64,000 bases of DNA from assembly GCF_036588685.1 (NCBI RefSeq), contig NC_086378.1, positions 88,164,001 to 88,228,000 on the forward strand, written 5' to 3'. The notes under the pieces were generated by a model. It was not told the DNA's origin, did no database searches, and was given only the letters and a program-made list of their open reading frames with translations. A program made the position numbers and the translations under genes. Numbering within the stretch: the first letter of the stretch is position 1; each line of letters begins with the position of its first letter. Source of the stretch: Mytilus trossulus. Lineage: Eukaryota. Of this stretch, positions 1 to 13,197 are shown in pieces.

Positions 1-397
1 ATACATTTTTAGAATGAAGTGTTTCCGCACATTATACAAAATGTACTTTGGTCAATGCTTTTTCGACCCAATGAATTTACTTAAAGAAGCAGTCAATTCT
101 TAATTAAGTTCCTGAATTTGGATCTATTAAATGTTTTTTTTTTCAATTAATTTTCACATTCCTTCCCTTCGTTCACAACTTATATGTTATTATTAGTTTC
201 AATGCATGAAAAAAGGATGTCATTTGCATGTTTTAATCTGCATTTAAAGTTTTATCTTCATTCATTTTGGGTTTTTAATTTACATACTTATCATTTCTGA
301 TTTTGCTAATTTTTTAACACTTTCGTATCAAATAAAAAATACGCAAAATAAACAACAAAGTATAAACTTATTTTGGTAAAACTGATATGTTTCTTAC

Positions 398-3300
398 ATT
401 GCCTGGTGCCGGTTTATTTTTACCAAAACCACCATCTTTTAATAAATCCTTTACGTTTTCTGTCATGACAGGTCCTGGCCATAAACTGACAAAAGCTACA
501 TTCATTTTTCTCAACTCTACAGCGCAGTCTGCTGCCATTCTATCACACTGAAGTAAATAAAACTATAGTTAATACATAGTAGTCACAAACAATCTTATCA
601 CTCAGTGACGGATACAGGGGAGGCTACGGGGGTTGAAACTCTCTTTTTTGGACGAGCAATGCATTTGAATGAGGACTTATAGTTCAAACCTCCCTTTTCT
701 CCTGGTATGGGAGTTTAAAAATGACTAAATTTCCTTTGTCATTTTGCAGTTAATAAAAATAAAAATAAAACCATAGTTAATACAGAGAAGTCACAAACAA
801 TCTTAAGTTTCAGCGTTTCAATGCATTATTAGTGTTTATTGTGTTGACACACTGATGTCAATATTATGGAATTTTATGTGACTACATACTACAAATAAGA
901 GGCTTAGCTACATATTAATCTAGGCTTAATCCACCATTTTCTTCACAAGTAAATCCTTGTACAAGTCAGGAATTTGATAGTTGTTTTCATTCGTTTGATA
1001 TGTTTGAGCTTTTGATTTTGCCATTTGATAAGGGACTTACTATCTTGAAATTTCGTAGATTGGTTATTTATTATTTAGCAGAGTGACAATGTCCAGTTTT
1101 GAATTACATATTATAGTTTCAGACTTTGATCAGAATTGTCTTTTAATCCAATTGCTGATTTATATCATGTAGGAACAATTGTCTAAACACTGACGGGTCG
1201 GGCTTATGGAATGACAGAACAATAGCTTTTCGAAATATTGAACATCTTGCATATATAATTGTGACGAAGAGCGCATTAAAACATTCGATTGATTTGAAAC
1301 TAAAATTGAGAAAGGAAATAGGGAATGTGTCAAAGCGACAACAACCCGACCATAGACCAGACAACTAATCTATAACAACATTGATTTTGCTGTTTAATTA
1401 TTGACTTACTGCTTCTTTACCAACGCCGTAAGGTACATTAAACAGGTACCTAAGACCACCAACTGACGATACATTAACAATTAAACCAGTTTTCCTTGCT
1501 GTCATCAATTTTGCTGCGTGCACAGAACACAGATAATGGTTTCTACAGAAAAAAATAATTGTTAACGTTTATTGTTAGTAATACAAAATTGCTCGTTATA
1601 TATAAATCTTGCTTGTAAAAAATGGTAGCAAACATCTTTATTGTAATAAATCCTTATATGGTCCTATTTTAATCAAATAAGACATGAAATACAGAAAAAA
1701 TATTGACAATTTATTCAAATCATTCTATGACAATTTACAGAAGATCAGATATGGAATTGAACATGTTAAGACTTATAAAACAGCTGAGATGCAATATGTT
1801 GTACAACATTGATGACACGATTACATATTTGATTGATGTTTTTTTTATCTATCCGTACACACCTATATTGCACTACTGTTAAGGTATCAAATGCCGAACT
1901 GTTCCTTCATATAAATAGATTGAGTTTACCCACCTTAGTCCTACATTTTAAACAGTATATATCCACGTTGTGATAGGCTGTTATGGAAATATTCTTTATA
2001 AAGCACAAAGGTGTCAGTATTCACCTCATAAACTTACAAAACCTTTGAATAGACTTATTAAGAAGGGATATAATTACGATACTGTTGTCAAGTCATTAAA
2101 GATTGCATATTTTGGCGTTAATATTGAGTCACTGATAAGGTCTTTGCGTCGGAACTAAACACATTTATTCTAAAAACAGTTGTTGGCATGACACGGGTTA
2201 TGTTCTTCTCATATATGTTATGATGGTATGATACTAAACCCCTTACGGGAAGGATTGTGCCTGATGTTCATATGATGAAATCATAATCTTTCAGTCAGTT
2301 TAATTGAAGTCTGGAGCTGGCATGTCAGTTAACTGCTAGTAGTCTGTTGTTATTTATGTATTATTGTCATTTTGTTTATTTTCTTTGGTTACATCTTCTG
2401 ACATCAGACTCGGACTTCTCTTGAACTGAATTTTAATGTGCGTATTGTTATGCTTTTACTTTTCTACACTGGTTAGAGGTATAGGGGGAGGGTTGAAATC
2501 TCACAAACATGTTTAACCCCGCCGCATTTTTGCGCCTGTCCCAAGTCAGGAGCCTCTGGCCTTTGTTAGTCTTGTATTATTTAAATTTTAGTTTCTTGTG
2601 TACAATTTGGAAATTAGTATGGCGTTCATTATCACTGAACTAGTATATATTTGTTTAGGGGCCAGCTGAAGGACGCCTCCGGGTGCGGGAATTTCTCGCT
2701 ACATTGAAGACCTGTTGGTGACCTTCTGCTGTTGTGTTTTTTATTTTGGTCGGGTTGTTGTCTCTTTGACACATTCCCCGTTTCCATTCTCAATTTTATG
2801 TTGCTAGAATGGCTTACCATAGTTATCAGAGATTACCTAGACTTTACACACCTTAGTCCTACATTGTTAACAGTATCCCACGTTGTGATAGGCTGTTGCC
2901 AGAATGGCTTACCATAGTTAACAGAAATTGCATAGACTTTACACACCTTAGTCCTACATTATTTACAGTATCCCACATTGTGATAGGCTGTTATAAACAG
3001 ATTGAATTTACCCATCTTAATCCTACATTATTAACAGTATCCCACGTTGTAATAGGCTGTTGCCAGAAAGGCTTACCATAGTTATCAGAGATTACCTAGA
3101 CTTTACAAACCTTAGTCCTACATTGTTAAAAGTATCCCACGTTGTGATTGGCTGTTACCAGAATGACTTACCATAGTTAACAGAAATTGCATAGACTTTA
3201 CCCACCTTAGTCCTGCATTATTAACAGTATCCCACGTTGTGATAGGCTGTTACCAGAATGGCTTACCATAGTTAAACAGAAATTGCATAGACTTTACCCA

Positions 3301-6300
3301 CCTTAGTCCTACATTATTAACAGTATCCCACGTTGTGATAGGCTGTTGCCAGAATGGCTTACCATAGTTATCAGAGATTGCCTAGAAAAATAAATTAAAT
3401 TGATGAAAATACATAATAATGAGATTAAATTAGCAGTCACACATGTTTTATTTGTCCATAGACCATAGCAACCTACTCAAATTTTACAGAAAAAAAACAT
3501 TATCCAAAAGCTTAATAATTATTGAGGTTATATGTACTGTATTTTGTGTTTTGTTTTTTGTCTTAGATTATGATTACCATTTTATTGCTTTTTAATAAAA
3601 TGGAGTTTTTTTAACGTTGCGTCGTTTGTTTTCTCTTATTTTTGAGTGTACATTCACATTGCAATAAGACGTGTCACGGTACTTGTCTATCCCAAATACA
3701 TGTATTTGGTTTTGATGTTATATTTTTTATTCTCGTGGGATTTTGTCTGATGCTTGGTCCGTTTCTGTGTGTGTTACATTTCAGTGTTGTGTCTTTGTTC
3801 TTCTCTTATATCTAATGCGTTTCCCTCGGTTTAAGTTTGTTACCTCAATTTCGTTTTTTGTCCATGGATTTATGAGTTTTGAACAGCGGTATACTACTGT
3901 TGCCTTTATTTATATTGATAGATATTATATTATATACGTAATTAATCGTTTCTTTAATGCGAGTTTTTCAGTCCATCATATCGCTCTTTTTGGAGTGGCT
4001 TTTTTATAGTTTGATTTGTTTAATATCAATATACAGTGTTTTATATCAAATGTTTCAATAAGGCGAGACTCTAATACAGTATTTTTCTTTCTTTTGATTG
4101 ATATGGGTGAAAAATTAATATAATAAATACAAATACTCAATTAATACCAACACAAAATATAAAGTATAACAAACCAAGACAACCCATTGTTTTGTGATAA
4201 ACAAAATGTATATGTATTACCTCTATAACAAAACAATAACACATTTAACATAACTTCTTAATGGTTTTATGTTTAAACAGCTTAAGTATTTTTGTGATTT
4301 TACTTTTTAATTGACTAGGATTGTCAGTGATATTGTTGGCTTTCTTCAAAACTACCTCTATCTACCCTTTTTGATTAGAAATATGCGCCATTTTTATCAA
4401 ATTTGGAAATTTATAATAAACTATGAAATTGACTGGAACTTCAATTTGCAGATCCTCTTTCAAGAGGTAAACCCTCATTTGGAATAAGACCCCTTATTGT
4501 CAGTGATAATACATAAATAGACCCTCAAGTGTGCAAATATAGTCATTTTAGGCATGACAAATGTTTAAATGAGTGTTTTTCAGTTTGTATTCATGCACAA
4601 TCACTAGTGAGACTACACTGTTTGGGGGGGGGGGGGAATTGTCTCTTTGGGAATAATTTTGAGCTATTTTTTCAAATTGGGATTTTATCTAGGGGAAAAG
4701 CCTTTATTCTCCAGTAATTTAAGGCAAACAATATCACTGATTGTCAGTTATCCTATCAAAGGTCTGTGGTTTTCTCCGGGCACTCCGGCTTCCTCTACCA
4801 ATAAAAACTGGCAGCCACGAAATAGCCCAAAAGTGGCGTTAAACACCAAAAAACAAAACCAAATGTTTATGCAGCCACCGTGTTTTTATTTTTGAGTTCT
4901 AATAGCATTAAATATACATGCCACATGGCAGCTTATTTACGTTATGCTCTTAATTTAAGGATACAGAACGTATCAGTTACATAATAAAAATAAAAACACA
5001 TAAAATAATATTACCTCTTGTCTTACAGAGTTAAAATGAAAGACAAATCACAAGTTATTTGCAGTGCCCATACCGGAACCAAACTATGTAGTAGCGGTCG
5101 CCATGTGTATTGCCTTAAAGGCGTCATCAATACCGTATTCAAACTTAAAAAGTTCATGCAAGCAAAAATTAAATAAGAAGCTAAAACAATATGTGAACGT
5201 ACTTTTACAGCAGCATATGCATTATTGACTAGAACATCTAATTGACCATTTTGTTCTTTAGACACGCGGTTAAACAGTTCCTCTATGTCACTGTCTTTGG
5301 AATGATCACATTGGACTGGAATACATTTCCCTCCTCTGCTCTCAATCTTAAAAATAGAAAAACCAAGAATATGGGTAATTCATTCATGACGCAAAACATG
5401 CACAGCTAAAAACACATACAGAGAGTTAAGGAATAATTAACGCGTTTAGTCTTAACCGTGTAGACCACAAATTGACTGATAGTTTTGACTGAATTGTAAA
5501 CTGAGGGCTTACATAAATTGCCTGTTTCACAGATATATGTGCTATCTGATTAAATTTCAGACCCATATTAACTCGTGTGAGTAATGGGAAATCCGAGAAA
5601 AATATCTAAATTGATTGGCATATATGAAGTTATTACTTGGTTTGGTTTATCTGTTCTGGATCATATGAGTATTTGGACCATACGCGTATCGTCATGACCA
5701 TATGGGTATATAATCATATGGTAGGGGTAATTAACACTCTGTTACAGTTTACTTAAAATACTTCTAAACTCTTTATATGGTATGACCGTTCATTAAAAAG
5801 ACGCTATCATAAAGGTAATTTTGCTGTTTTATTATAATAAAAAAGATCAGCTAAATAAAAGTTATAAGTTTCACAAAGTAAATTTTACTTACTTGTCAAT
5901 TTGACAAAACTTTAATAAACACATTTTTAAACGTATGGTCATTACCGATCGATTTGTTATTACCTCTATATCACTGTACACAGCTACAAAAAGGCTAGCT
6001 TTTCACTCGCAAACAAAAGGTGTAACTGAAAAGGATCGTGCACAACCAAGACTTGCAAATGCAAAATTAGCTATGATACCGTGTGGAAGGAAATATCATC
6101 TCAAACCTACATGCAAGAATGTAATTAGCGATGAAAACTAACTATGGCATCAATAGTTAATTTTTACGTATTATTTGAACTATAGAATAATACATTGTCA
6201 TTTAACCATCATTGTTTTTAGATACAGTTTTTGTATTATTGAAACTTAAATAATGTAATTTAAAAGAAAAAAACTATATGGTCTAAATACTCATATGGTC

Positions 6301-9300
6301 CGGCCCGTTTATAACCAAACGAGTATTATACTCATATGGTCGGACCGTACGCGTATGGTCGGACTATATGAGTATACGCATATGGTCCAAATACTCATAT
6401 GGTCCGACTCCGGCACATATCAAAAGTTCCCATAACCAGTACGGTCTGTCATACTTATATTACAGTGTTTAATTTATCAAATTTATTTTGTTGGAGTGTT
6501 TATTTGTTAGCTTTAAAAACAAAATATTTCCCCAATTTTGACATCTCTATTAGATTTGAATTCAAACTGATTTAATTAATTTCTATATATTGTAATAAAT
6601 GTGTCACTGTATGTAATATCGATTTTGTTTTCATGATTGCTATTTGAAATATATTATTATGATGTGAGCTAGGATTTATTAACATATATATCCGACCATA
6701 CTGACCATAACAGACTTTTTCACCATAAGCTACAGAAAAAAAAACTTACCTCGTTAGCCGTATCAGTTAACGAACCTCCGACCGGGTCGCCTTTAGGGGC
6801 TGTCAGTGTTCGTCCTGTGGGTTAAATATATAAAAATAATGATCACACCAATAAGGCAGCACTAGTCCGAATCCGAATAGTTTCGGCTACAGGAACGATG
6901 TTTTATGATTATTATCTTTTTCTTCTACTTCCAAGTGTAACGAAAATCGGTCCTAGTTTATTCATTTTGATGTGAAACACCAGTTGTCTTTCCCTATTAA
7001 TTGTGTTTCAATATGTTTATAAGTTTCTCCATAGTTGGAGCACCATGCATTACTTAAAACACCCCTAATTTTGGTAAAGTCTTGTTTTTCACCCCTTCAC
7101 GTATAATGGACCGTTCCATATCGTAGTATATAAGGCAGCTGAGGACAGAGAAACTTTGTCAAGCAGCCGTTGTGAAGAAGTAAAATCCAAAATAGTCAAC
7201 AAACCAAAAACAACTCACCAAAACCAAGATGGCGGCCTCCATTCGGCGTCCTTTGCTACCCGTTCCTGACCCACGGCACAAAATATTTAAATGCTCACCA
7301 ATCGTCTTCGGGCACCGAGCCGACCGTGCGAGGGCTGAAAAGCCAGTCAAGGTCGTTAAACACTTCCATATATATAAACTTTGTCAGTTTTATATGGACC
7401 GTTGAAGTGCTAACATCAGGATTAAATATTCCAACTGGTAAGTAGAGTGAATTAAGTGATTCCAAAGGATATATAAATAGTGTTCGGATTTATATGTGGA
7501 TAATGCAATAGTGATTGTGATACAATGTATAAAGTGAATCTGATATATATTGTGGACGTGTATTAGTGAGAATACATGGTGAAATTGTGGGTGTTGCAAG
7601 TTGTAATATTGTGGAAGTGTATTAGTGAAAGTGCACTGTGTTAAACCTTACCAGTTGGATAATATTCATTGTGAGGGAACTCAAAAGGATCGTTAGTGCG
7701 TGAGTTCAGCTGTGTTCATATGATTATATATTCCTTGTGAATTGAAACCTTGTGCAAGTGTAATTGTGTCATTGTGTTATTGTGGTTAGTTGCAGACTAA
7801 CAAGGTGATACTTCATATCGTTGGACGTTGTAAATAGAAGTTGTATATATATGATTTTGTGTTCATACGTTTTGTATGATACTTACTTGATGCATGTTGC
7901 ATAGTAATTTGTTGGTAACATGGTGTAATAAAGGGGCGTATGCATGTTGCATAATAATCTGTTAGTGACATTGTGAATAAATCGGTCTGATACATGTTGC
8001 ATAGTGATTGCATAGTGACATTGTGTATATATATTCTGTTATAAGGCATTGTGCTTATACATAGTGAATGAGGAACTTCACCTTGTGATTTAATTTTATA
8101 TGTGCATTGTGTAGCTTATATATTTGTAATAGTAATCATGGCATTTTTATGTGATCCTTGTAAACTCATCGAACCTTTAAACAAACTTATAAGTAAGGGT
8201 TATCGTACCAATATTGTAATTAGATCTTTGAATATAGTTCACATTGGCACTACTATTGATTTTGTCATTAGCAAATTAAAACATAACTAAATTTCATTAT
8301 CTTTTGAGGCGAGATGTATAGAGACACAGACACGTTAACTTTTATTTCTATAAAAGTCGCTCTTCACTATACTACTACCTGTCGATACATTTATTTTTGG
8401 CATTGGACAAGTCATGTCTTCTTTGACTATTAATGACGTTAAAATACTAAATCCCTGTGATGTGTTTTAGTCGATTTTAGTCTCTGATGCATGATTTTTT
8501 ACTATTAATTGGTTTTGGCTTTTAACTAGCTGTCAGTAACTGCGAGTACTCTCAAATCGTATTTTCTTGTTAATTCGACCTGTTGATACTGTTTATAATA
8601 CTTTTTTGTTTTTATTTATATGGATCTTGTCTGTACACCAGCTTTGATTATTTGTAATATCTTTAATTTTTCACTTATTCTTACAACATTTGTATAAACT
8701 TCAAGATTATAAAAAAACGGTTTTGTTCTAAAGTGAACATTGATTGGTTAAATATTTCTCAGTGTGTTTGAATTTGTTTGTTAGCTTTTTGGTCATGAAT
8801 GTTTGTCTCTAATATTTAATTAACTGTGCATTTGTATTCAGATATCGCAGATCAAATTTATTCGTTCATTGTGTAAGCATACGTTTTTTGATTGAGTTAA
8901 GTCTGCCAATTGATATTTTATCGTATGTTTTTCTATGTTGTGATGTTATGCTATTGTTTCAGAAAAAGGGAGAAGGTTTGGATCCATTAAAACGTTTAAT
9001 CCCGCTGCAAATGTTTGCACCTGTCCTAAGTCAGGAATCTGATGTACAGTAGTTGTCGTTTGTTTATGTAATATATACGTGTTTCTCGTTTCTCGTTTTG
9101 TTTATATAGATTAGACCGTTGGTTTTCCCGTTTGTATGGTTTTACACTAGTAATTTTGGGGCCCTTTATAGCTTGTTGTTCGGTGTGAGCCAAGGCTCCG
9201 TGTTGAAGGCCGTACTTTAACCTTAATGGTTTACTTTTTAAATTGTTATTTGGATGGAGAGTTGTCTCATTGGCACTCACACCACATCTTCCTATATCTA

Positions 9301-9768
9301 TTGACATTGTGAATTCATTTAAAGGTGTGTTAATTGTTTTGAATAGGACAACTGGTTGTGGTGAAAAATAGAGTTGAACACTTGAAATCCTGATTTATTC
9401 AGATACGGTTCCATTGATCGCCCGGTTACACGTTACACATGTTTAGATGAACACATCAGAGCTAGCGAAGTAATTTGGTGAAAATGTCTTAGGTAGTACC
9501 GTACAATTTGTTTAAAAATAGCATTTAAAGATTTTTTAATCTGATAACATATTTTCGTGCGATTTTTTTTCTTCCGAACTCTTGTACTTCCGGTAAATTC
9601 GTTCGATTTTTTTATGAATGGATCTTTCTTGTATCATAGTATTGTATTTTACAAACCTGTTATGTAGACAGTTGCTCCAGCTTGGCCAAGCTGTAATGCT
9701 ATACCTTTACCGATTCCTCGGGTGGCCCCGGTAACAATACACACTTTACCAGACATAGATCTAGTCAT
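398..9768 (-). CDS. DHRS1: Dehydrogenase/reductase SDR family member 1-like (spliced; 3' exons lie outside the window)
   Basis: Exons 9768-9657, 6814-6750, 5346-5203, 3381-3302, 1542-1410, 547-398, all GT-AG and phase-compatible (684 nt, 228 aa). Translation MTRSMSGKVCIVTGATRGIGKGIALQLGQAGATVYITGR...CIPVQCDH...LDVLVNNAY...IVNVSSVGGLRYLFNVPYGVGKEACDRMAADCAVEL...VSLWPGPVMTE contains the TGxxxGIG Rossmann motif, NNA, catalytic YxxxK and DHRS1-typical segments. Confidence 0.93.
1982..2799 (+). mobile_element. 5'-truncated Penelope-like retroelement (Naiad-type), ORF end plus 3' tail
   Basis: ORF tail YGNILYKAQR...KLTKPLNRLIKKGYNYDTVVKSLKI* (stop 2158) is homologous to the C-terminus of the RT at 31635-32430. 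It is followed by a SECIS-like hairpin and conserved tail boxes (CCTGTCCCAAGTCAGGA; GTTGTCTCTTTGACA). Confidence 0.75.
2210..2275 (+). promoter_or_regulatory. SECIS-like element (type II)
   Basis: Helix I AUAUG/CAUAU; core AUGAU (2220)...UGAU (2262); helix II GGUAUGAUAC/GGAUUGUGCC; unpaired AAA; mini-stem CCC-UUAC-GGG. Lies about 50 nt after the ORF stop. Confidence 0.75.
5652..6417. mobile_element. Non-autonomous DNA transposon (MITE-like) with terminal/subterminal inverted repeats
   Basis: Left CATATGAGTATTTGGACCATACGCGTAT is the reverse complement of right ATACGCATATGGTCCAAATACTCATATG (1-2 mismatches); the motif is reiterated at 6280-6410. Confidence 0.7.
8140..9301 (+). mobile_element. 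5'-truncated Penelope-like retroelement (Naiad-type), second family
   Basis: ORF tail CKLIEPLNKLISKGYRTNIVIRSLNIVHIGTTIDFVISKLKHN* (stop 8290) aligns with 31635-31800. SECIS-like hairpin present. The 3' end CATTGGCACTCACACCACATCTTCCTATATCTA recurs many times in the window. Confidence 0.75.
8425..8482 (+). promoter_or_regulatory. SECIS-like element
   Basis: Helix I GACUA/UAGUC; core AUGAC...CGAU; helix II GUUAAAAUAC/GUGUUUUAGU; apical AAA. Confidence 0.72.
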
Positions 9769-12700
9769 GACTGTCTACAACAAATAGTCAAGTTAATGAT
9801 ATTAAGCCGGTTTTCTTATTCATTTTAAAAAATAAAAAGATTTGTTATGATTGCCAAATTTGCAATGAGACAACTTTTCCAACAAAGACCAAAGGTTGAA
9901 GATTTTGTTTAAAAATGTCGGTCACCGTAAGGACTTCAAAAATGAGCAAAACAATGAATTATATGATCCCGACTTGGGAAAGGCACTTTTAAAAGAATGT
10001 GAGTTGCAACACTTAGTGGGGAAAAAAAACCGAAAGAGGGTTATAAATGTCTGTGTTATGCTCTTACAGGGAGGTACTAATGTGAAAGATACATTATAAT
10101 AATAGGATATGTTTTAGAGGAGAAGGAACTTTCCTGAGAATGTTATCTGTTTACTCAATGTGTCATTGTTTTACGGATTTATCTGTTGAGATCATTTGAA
10201 AATGAAGTACAAAACAAAGATTGTGTATGGAATGACAATTTGAACTTTGTCTGGTTTTGAATGATCTGTATAAAATCGTGTCTTCTTTCAAGTGAGCTAC
10301 CATTTGATTTTAAGGGGGGGGGGGGGGGGGCTATTTTCTAAGTTGTATTCTCTGTTCTGACTATCATTTTTGACTCTATTTAATCCTGTTTTTTTTATTA
10401 GTTTATCCTGTCTTTTTTCATATATAGTCATCCTGTCTCTTTTTTTTTGCCAAGTTGCTCATCCGGTCTTTTGCTAACTCAAAACTGCTGTCTTGCTGAT
10501 CCTACATTTAAAAAAACCTGCACTGTCCCCTGGCTACACAAACACATCAACACACACAATTGATGCCTCATGCAGAAGTTCTATTCTGCCATATTATCGA
10601 ACGAAATTTAAAAAAAATGCATTTCTTTAGATCATGTACTGCAAAATGCGTACCTGATTAGGCATTTGAATGATTACGGTTATTACACGCACATCTGATG
10701 TGTAATCGAAGTTACTGAACATTTTCTGATTGATTGATTGATTAACGTTCAGTGACAAATAGTTCATGCATGTTTTGGACAAAAATATACCATATAATAG
10801 TTACACACGTGAAGAAAATATGATATTCGTTTGGTAATTAGCTTTTACATTTCTGTAATTGTAGGAAAGATACATGATAGCAAATAATTTCAAATTTTGG
10901 TGAGCATCCTGCTAATGAGACAAGAATCTTAGATATAGAACAAAAATAGTTAACTTTGCAGGGCATGCAAATCTCTCATATATTTATTCTCTTAGCCGTT
11001 TGCAACCGCAAAGTATTAAATAAAGATAATTCAATTTCACTTTTTAAGTGTATGTCCTCGCAATTCCTTTTTTGGGGAATGGAACGAAGCTCAGTGATGT
11101 ACTATATGGTAGATTAGTTGAAAGATATTTTTAAGACAATATGGGACCGTCTATGTATTTTTCATATGTAGATGTTGAGTCAATTTTACTCATTCCTCCA
11201 CTGAGAAGTTTCCAAAATGAACTTAGTTGGGAAAGAGGTATGAGAAGTTCCCCACAGGTAATAATTGAAGTGACACGGACAATAGATGGAAATACTTTGC
11301 TAACAATATTTATACAGTGTATTTGAATTTATATATCTAGGAACAAGGGTAAGCTATGCCTTAAAACTTTGCCACATGCACAGAGTTGTCTATACTCAGA
11401 GTAAATGTTGAGATGTAAACACAGCCATTTCGCCATTTGAAGGGTCCACACGAACCAAAATATTTATTTAGATACAGATTGTTTTTTTTATAAATTATAC
11501 AGTGTGAGAGTACTAATGAAACACCAGTCACTCTATTATTTGCATCAATGTTATGTACAAAAGTACATTTTAAATGACTAAATATAAATAAAAACACAGT
11601 TGTGGTTAATAAACAACCAACCTGATCAAAGTTGAGAGATAAAAGACACACACGTCCTGAATTATGACATGTGTCTATTTTTATACAAACTTTTCTAAAT
11701 ACAAATCGAATGCCGACGGAAATGTATTTATTTGTTTCCCCCGTTAAATTAGGTAGGTTTGTTTAATATAACAACAGAAAAGTCACCCTTCTTTAATAGG
11801 TTCTTGTTGTTACAAAATCAAATGTTTGTTTTATATTACGTCGGTAAAAATGTTCAAGTTTTGAAACAACAAACGATATAAAAAATATCTTGAAGTTGTT
11901 TTATTTTAGAAATGTTCATCTTTTTTTTTTATATTTTGCTTATATGATCTTATATCTTTGTCGGAGTTGTTTTTAACATTTTTAACAATCAAGGATTTGT
12001 AATTTTTTTTCATCAGTTCGTATCACATACAATAACTAAAACTATTTCTGCATACTAGTTTCAATTTTCAGTATTTACGTAACCCTTTAAAAGCATGGTA
12101 CAGTTTCCCGAAATCTTTATTATAGTTTTCGAGTACATCATCGGCGTCGTTACGGGAAATTCAGTATATTGTGACTGAGTGAGTGTAAATTAATTTTCTT
12201 GACGTTTTCATATTTAATGTTTTAGTCAAACCAAAGTGTGGACTGCTTGAATTTTCATAGTAACTTGAAGTAAAAAATGTTTATGGCCGTACGGTGACCT
12301 ATAATTGTTAATGTTTGTGTCATTTTGGTCTTTTGTGGATAGTTGTCTCATTGGCAATCATACCACATCTTCTTTTTTATATTATGTTGGCTGTTATATA
12401 TCTGTATGTTGAATCCGTACTTTCCGGAAACGTTGTATTGTCTTAACCATGATTGTTGTGATGATTAGATGTATCAGCTCTTTTGGCGTTTGAATCCAAA
12501 GTAAAGGATCATAATATGAAAGTTCTTCTTTTTATTTGCAATATATATACTTCGTCTTTAGTCCCCCAAACCTAAGTCAGGTATATCACATGGCTGCAAA
12601 TCAATCGATTTTGCTGATAATTTTAGTCAAACCATCCTTGACTAGTTGCTGATATATACGGGACATTGTCATATTATATCAACGTTTGCATCCCGAGAAA

Positions 12701-12852
12701 CATCCAGTTTCTACAATGAATTGAAGTTGGTACGTAAGGAACGTATCCTTACAAAAAAGATTTCAAACATGATTTACATAGAACTCCTATAGCCTCCAGA
12801 CTTTATTGCTTACTTTCATATATGGAATTTTTTTTAATCATATGGCAATGGT

Positions 12853-13195
12853 GTTTTTATGCCCCACCTTTGAAAATACAGGGGCATTATGTTTTCTGGT
12901 CTGTGGCTCCGTTCGTTCGATCGTCCGTTCGTCCGTGCCTCGTATCGTCCCGCTTCAGGTTAAAGTTTTTGGTCAAGGTAGTTTTTGATGAATGTGAAGT
13001 CTAATCGAATTTAAACTAAGTACACTTGTTGCTTATGATATGATCTTTCTAATTTTAAAGCCAAATCATTTTATTTTGATCTCAATTTTGATCACGGTCC
13101 ACTGAACATATAAAATGAAAGGGAGAGCTTCAGGTTAACGTTTTTGGTCAAGGTAGTATTTGATGAAACTGAAGTCCAATCAATCAAGTGCAAAC
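12853..13195 (+). mobile_element. Helentron-associated (HINE/DINE-like) non-autonomous element
   Basis: TTTTTATGCCCC...GGGGCAT short inverted repeat, then a (GTCC/GTTC)n microsatellite, then a tandem core unit (GCTTCAGGTTAA..TTTTTGGTCAAGGTAGT.TTTGATGAA twice). An inverted copy lies at 20755-20960. Confidence 0.6.
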
Positions 13196-13197
13196 TT

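Larger units (their letters stand above)
1934..3381 (-). repeat. Tandem array of DHRS1 coding exon 4 plus splice donor (95-bp unit, 7 copies including the real exon)
   Basis: Exon-end motif at 3302, 3206, 3111, 3016, 2947 (partial copy), 2852 and 1934. Unit = 80-nt exon + about 15 nt of intron. The last copy is split by the insertion at about 1982-2799. Confidence 0.9.
6936..9437 (+). mobile_element. Probable solo LTR interrupted by a Naiad-type insertion
   Basis: Begins TGTAACG and ends CGTTACA (7-bp inverted termini, TG..CA). Flanks CAAG/CATG resemble a 4-bp TSD with one mismatch. Internal TATATAA at about 7127; no coding region. Confidence 0.5.

Noticed and set aside
2250-2290. Hammerhead-like CTGATG...GAAATC
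   Set aside because: Lacks CUGANGA and stem III; the overlapping SECIS fold explains the sequence better and is conserved in two other families.
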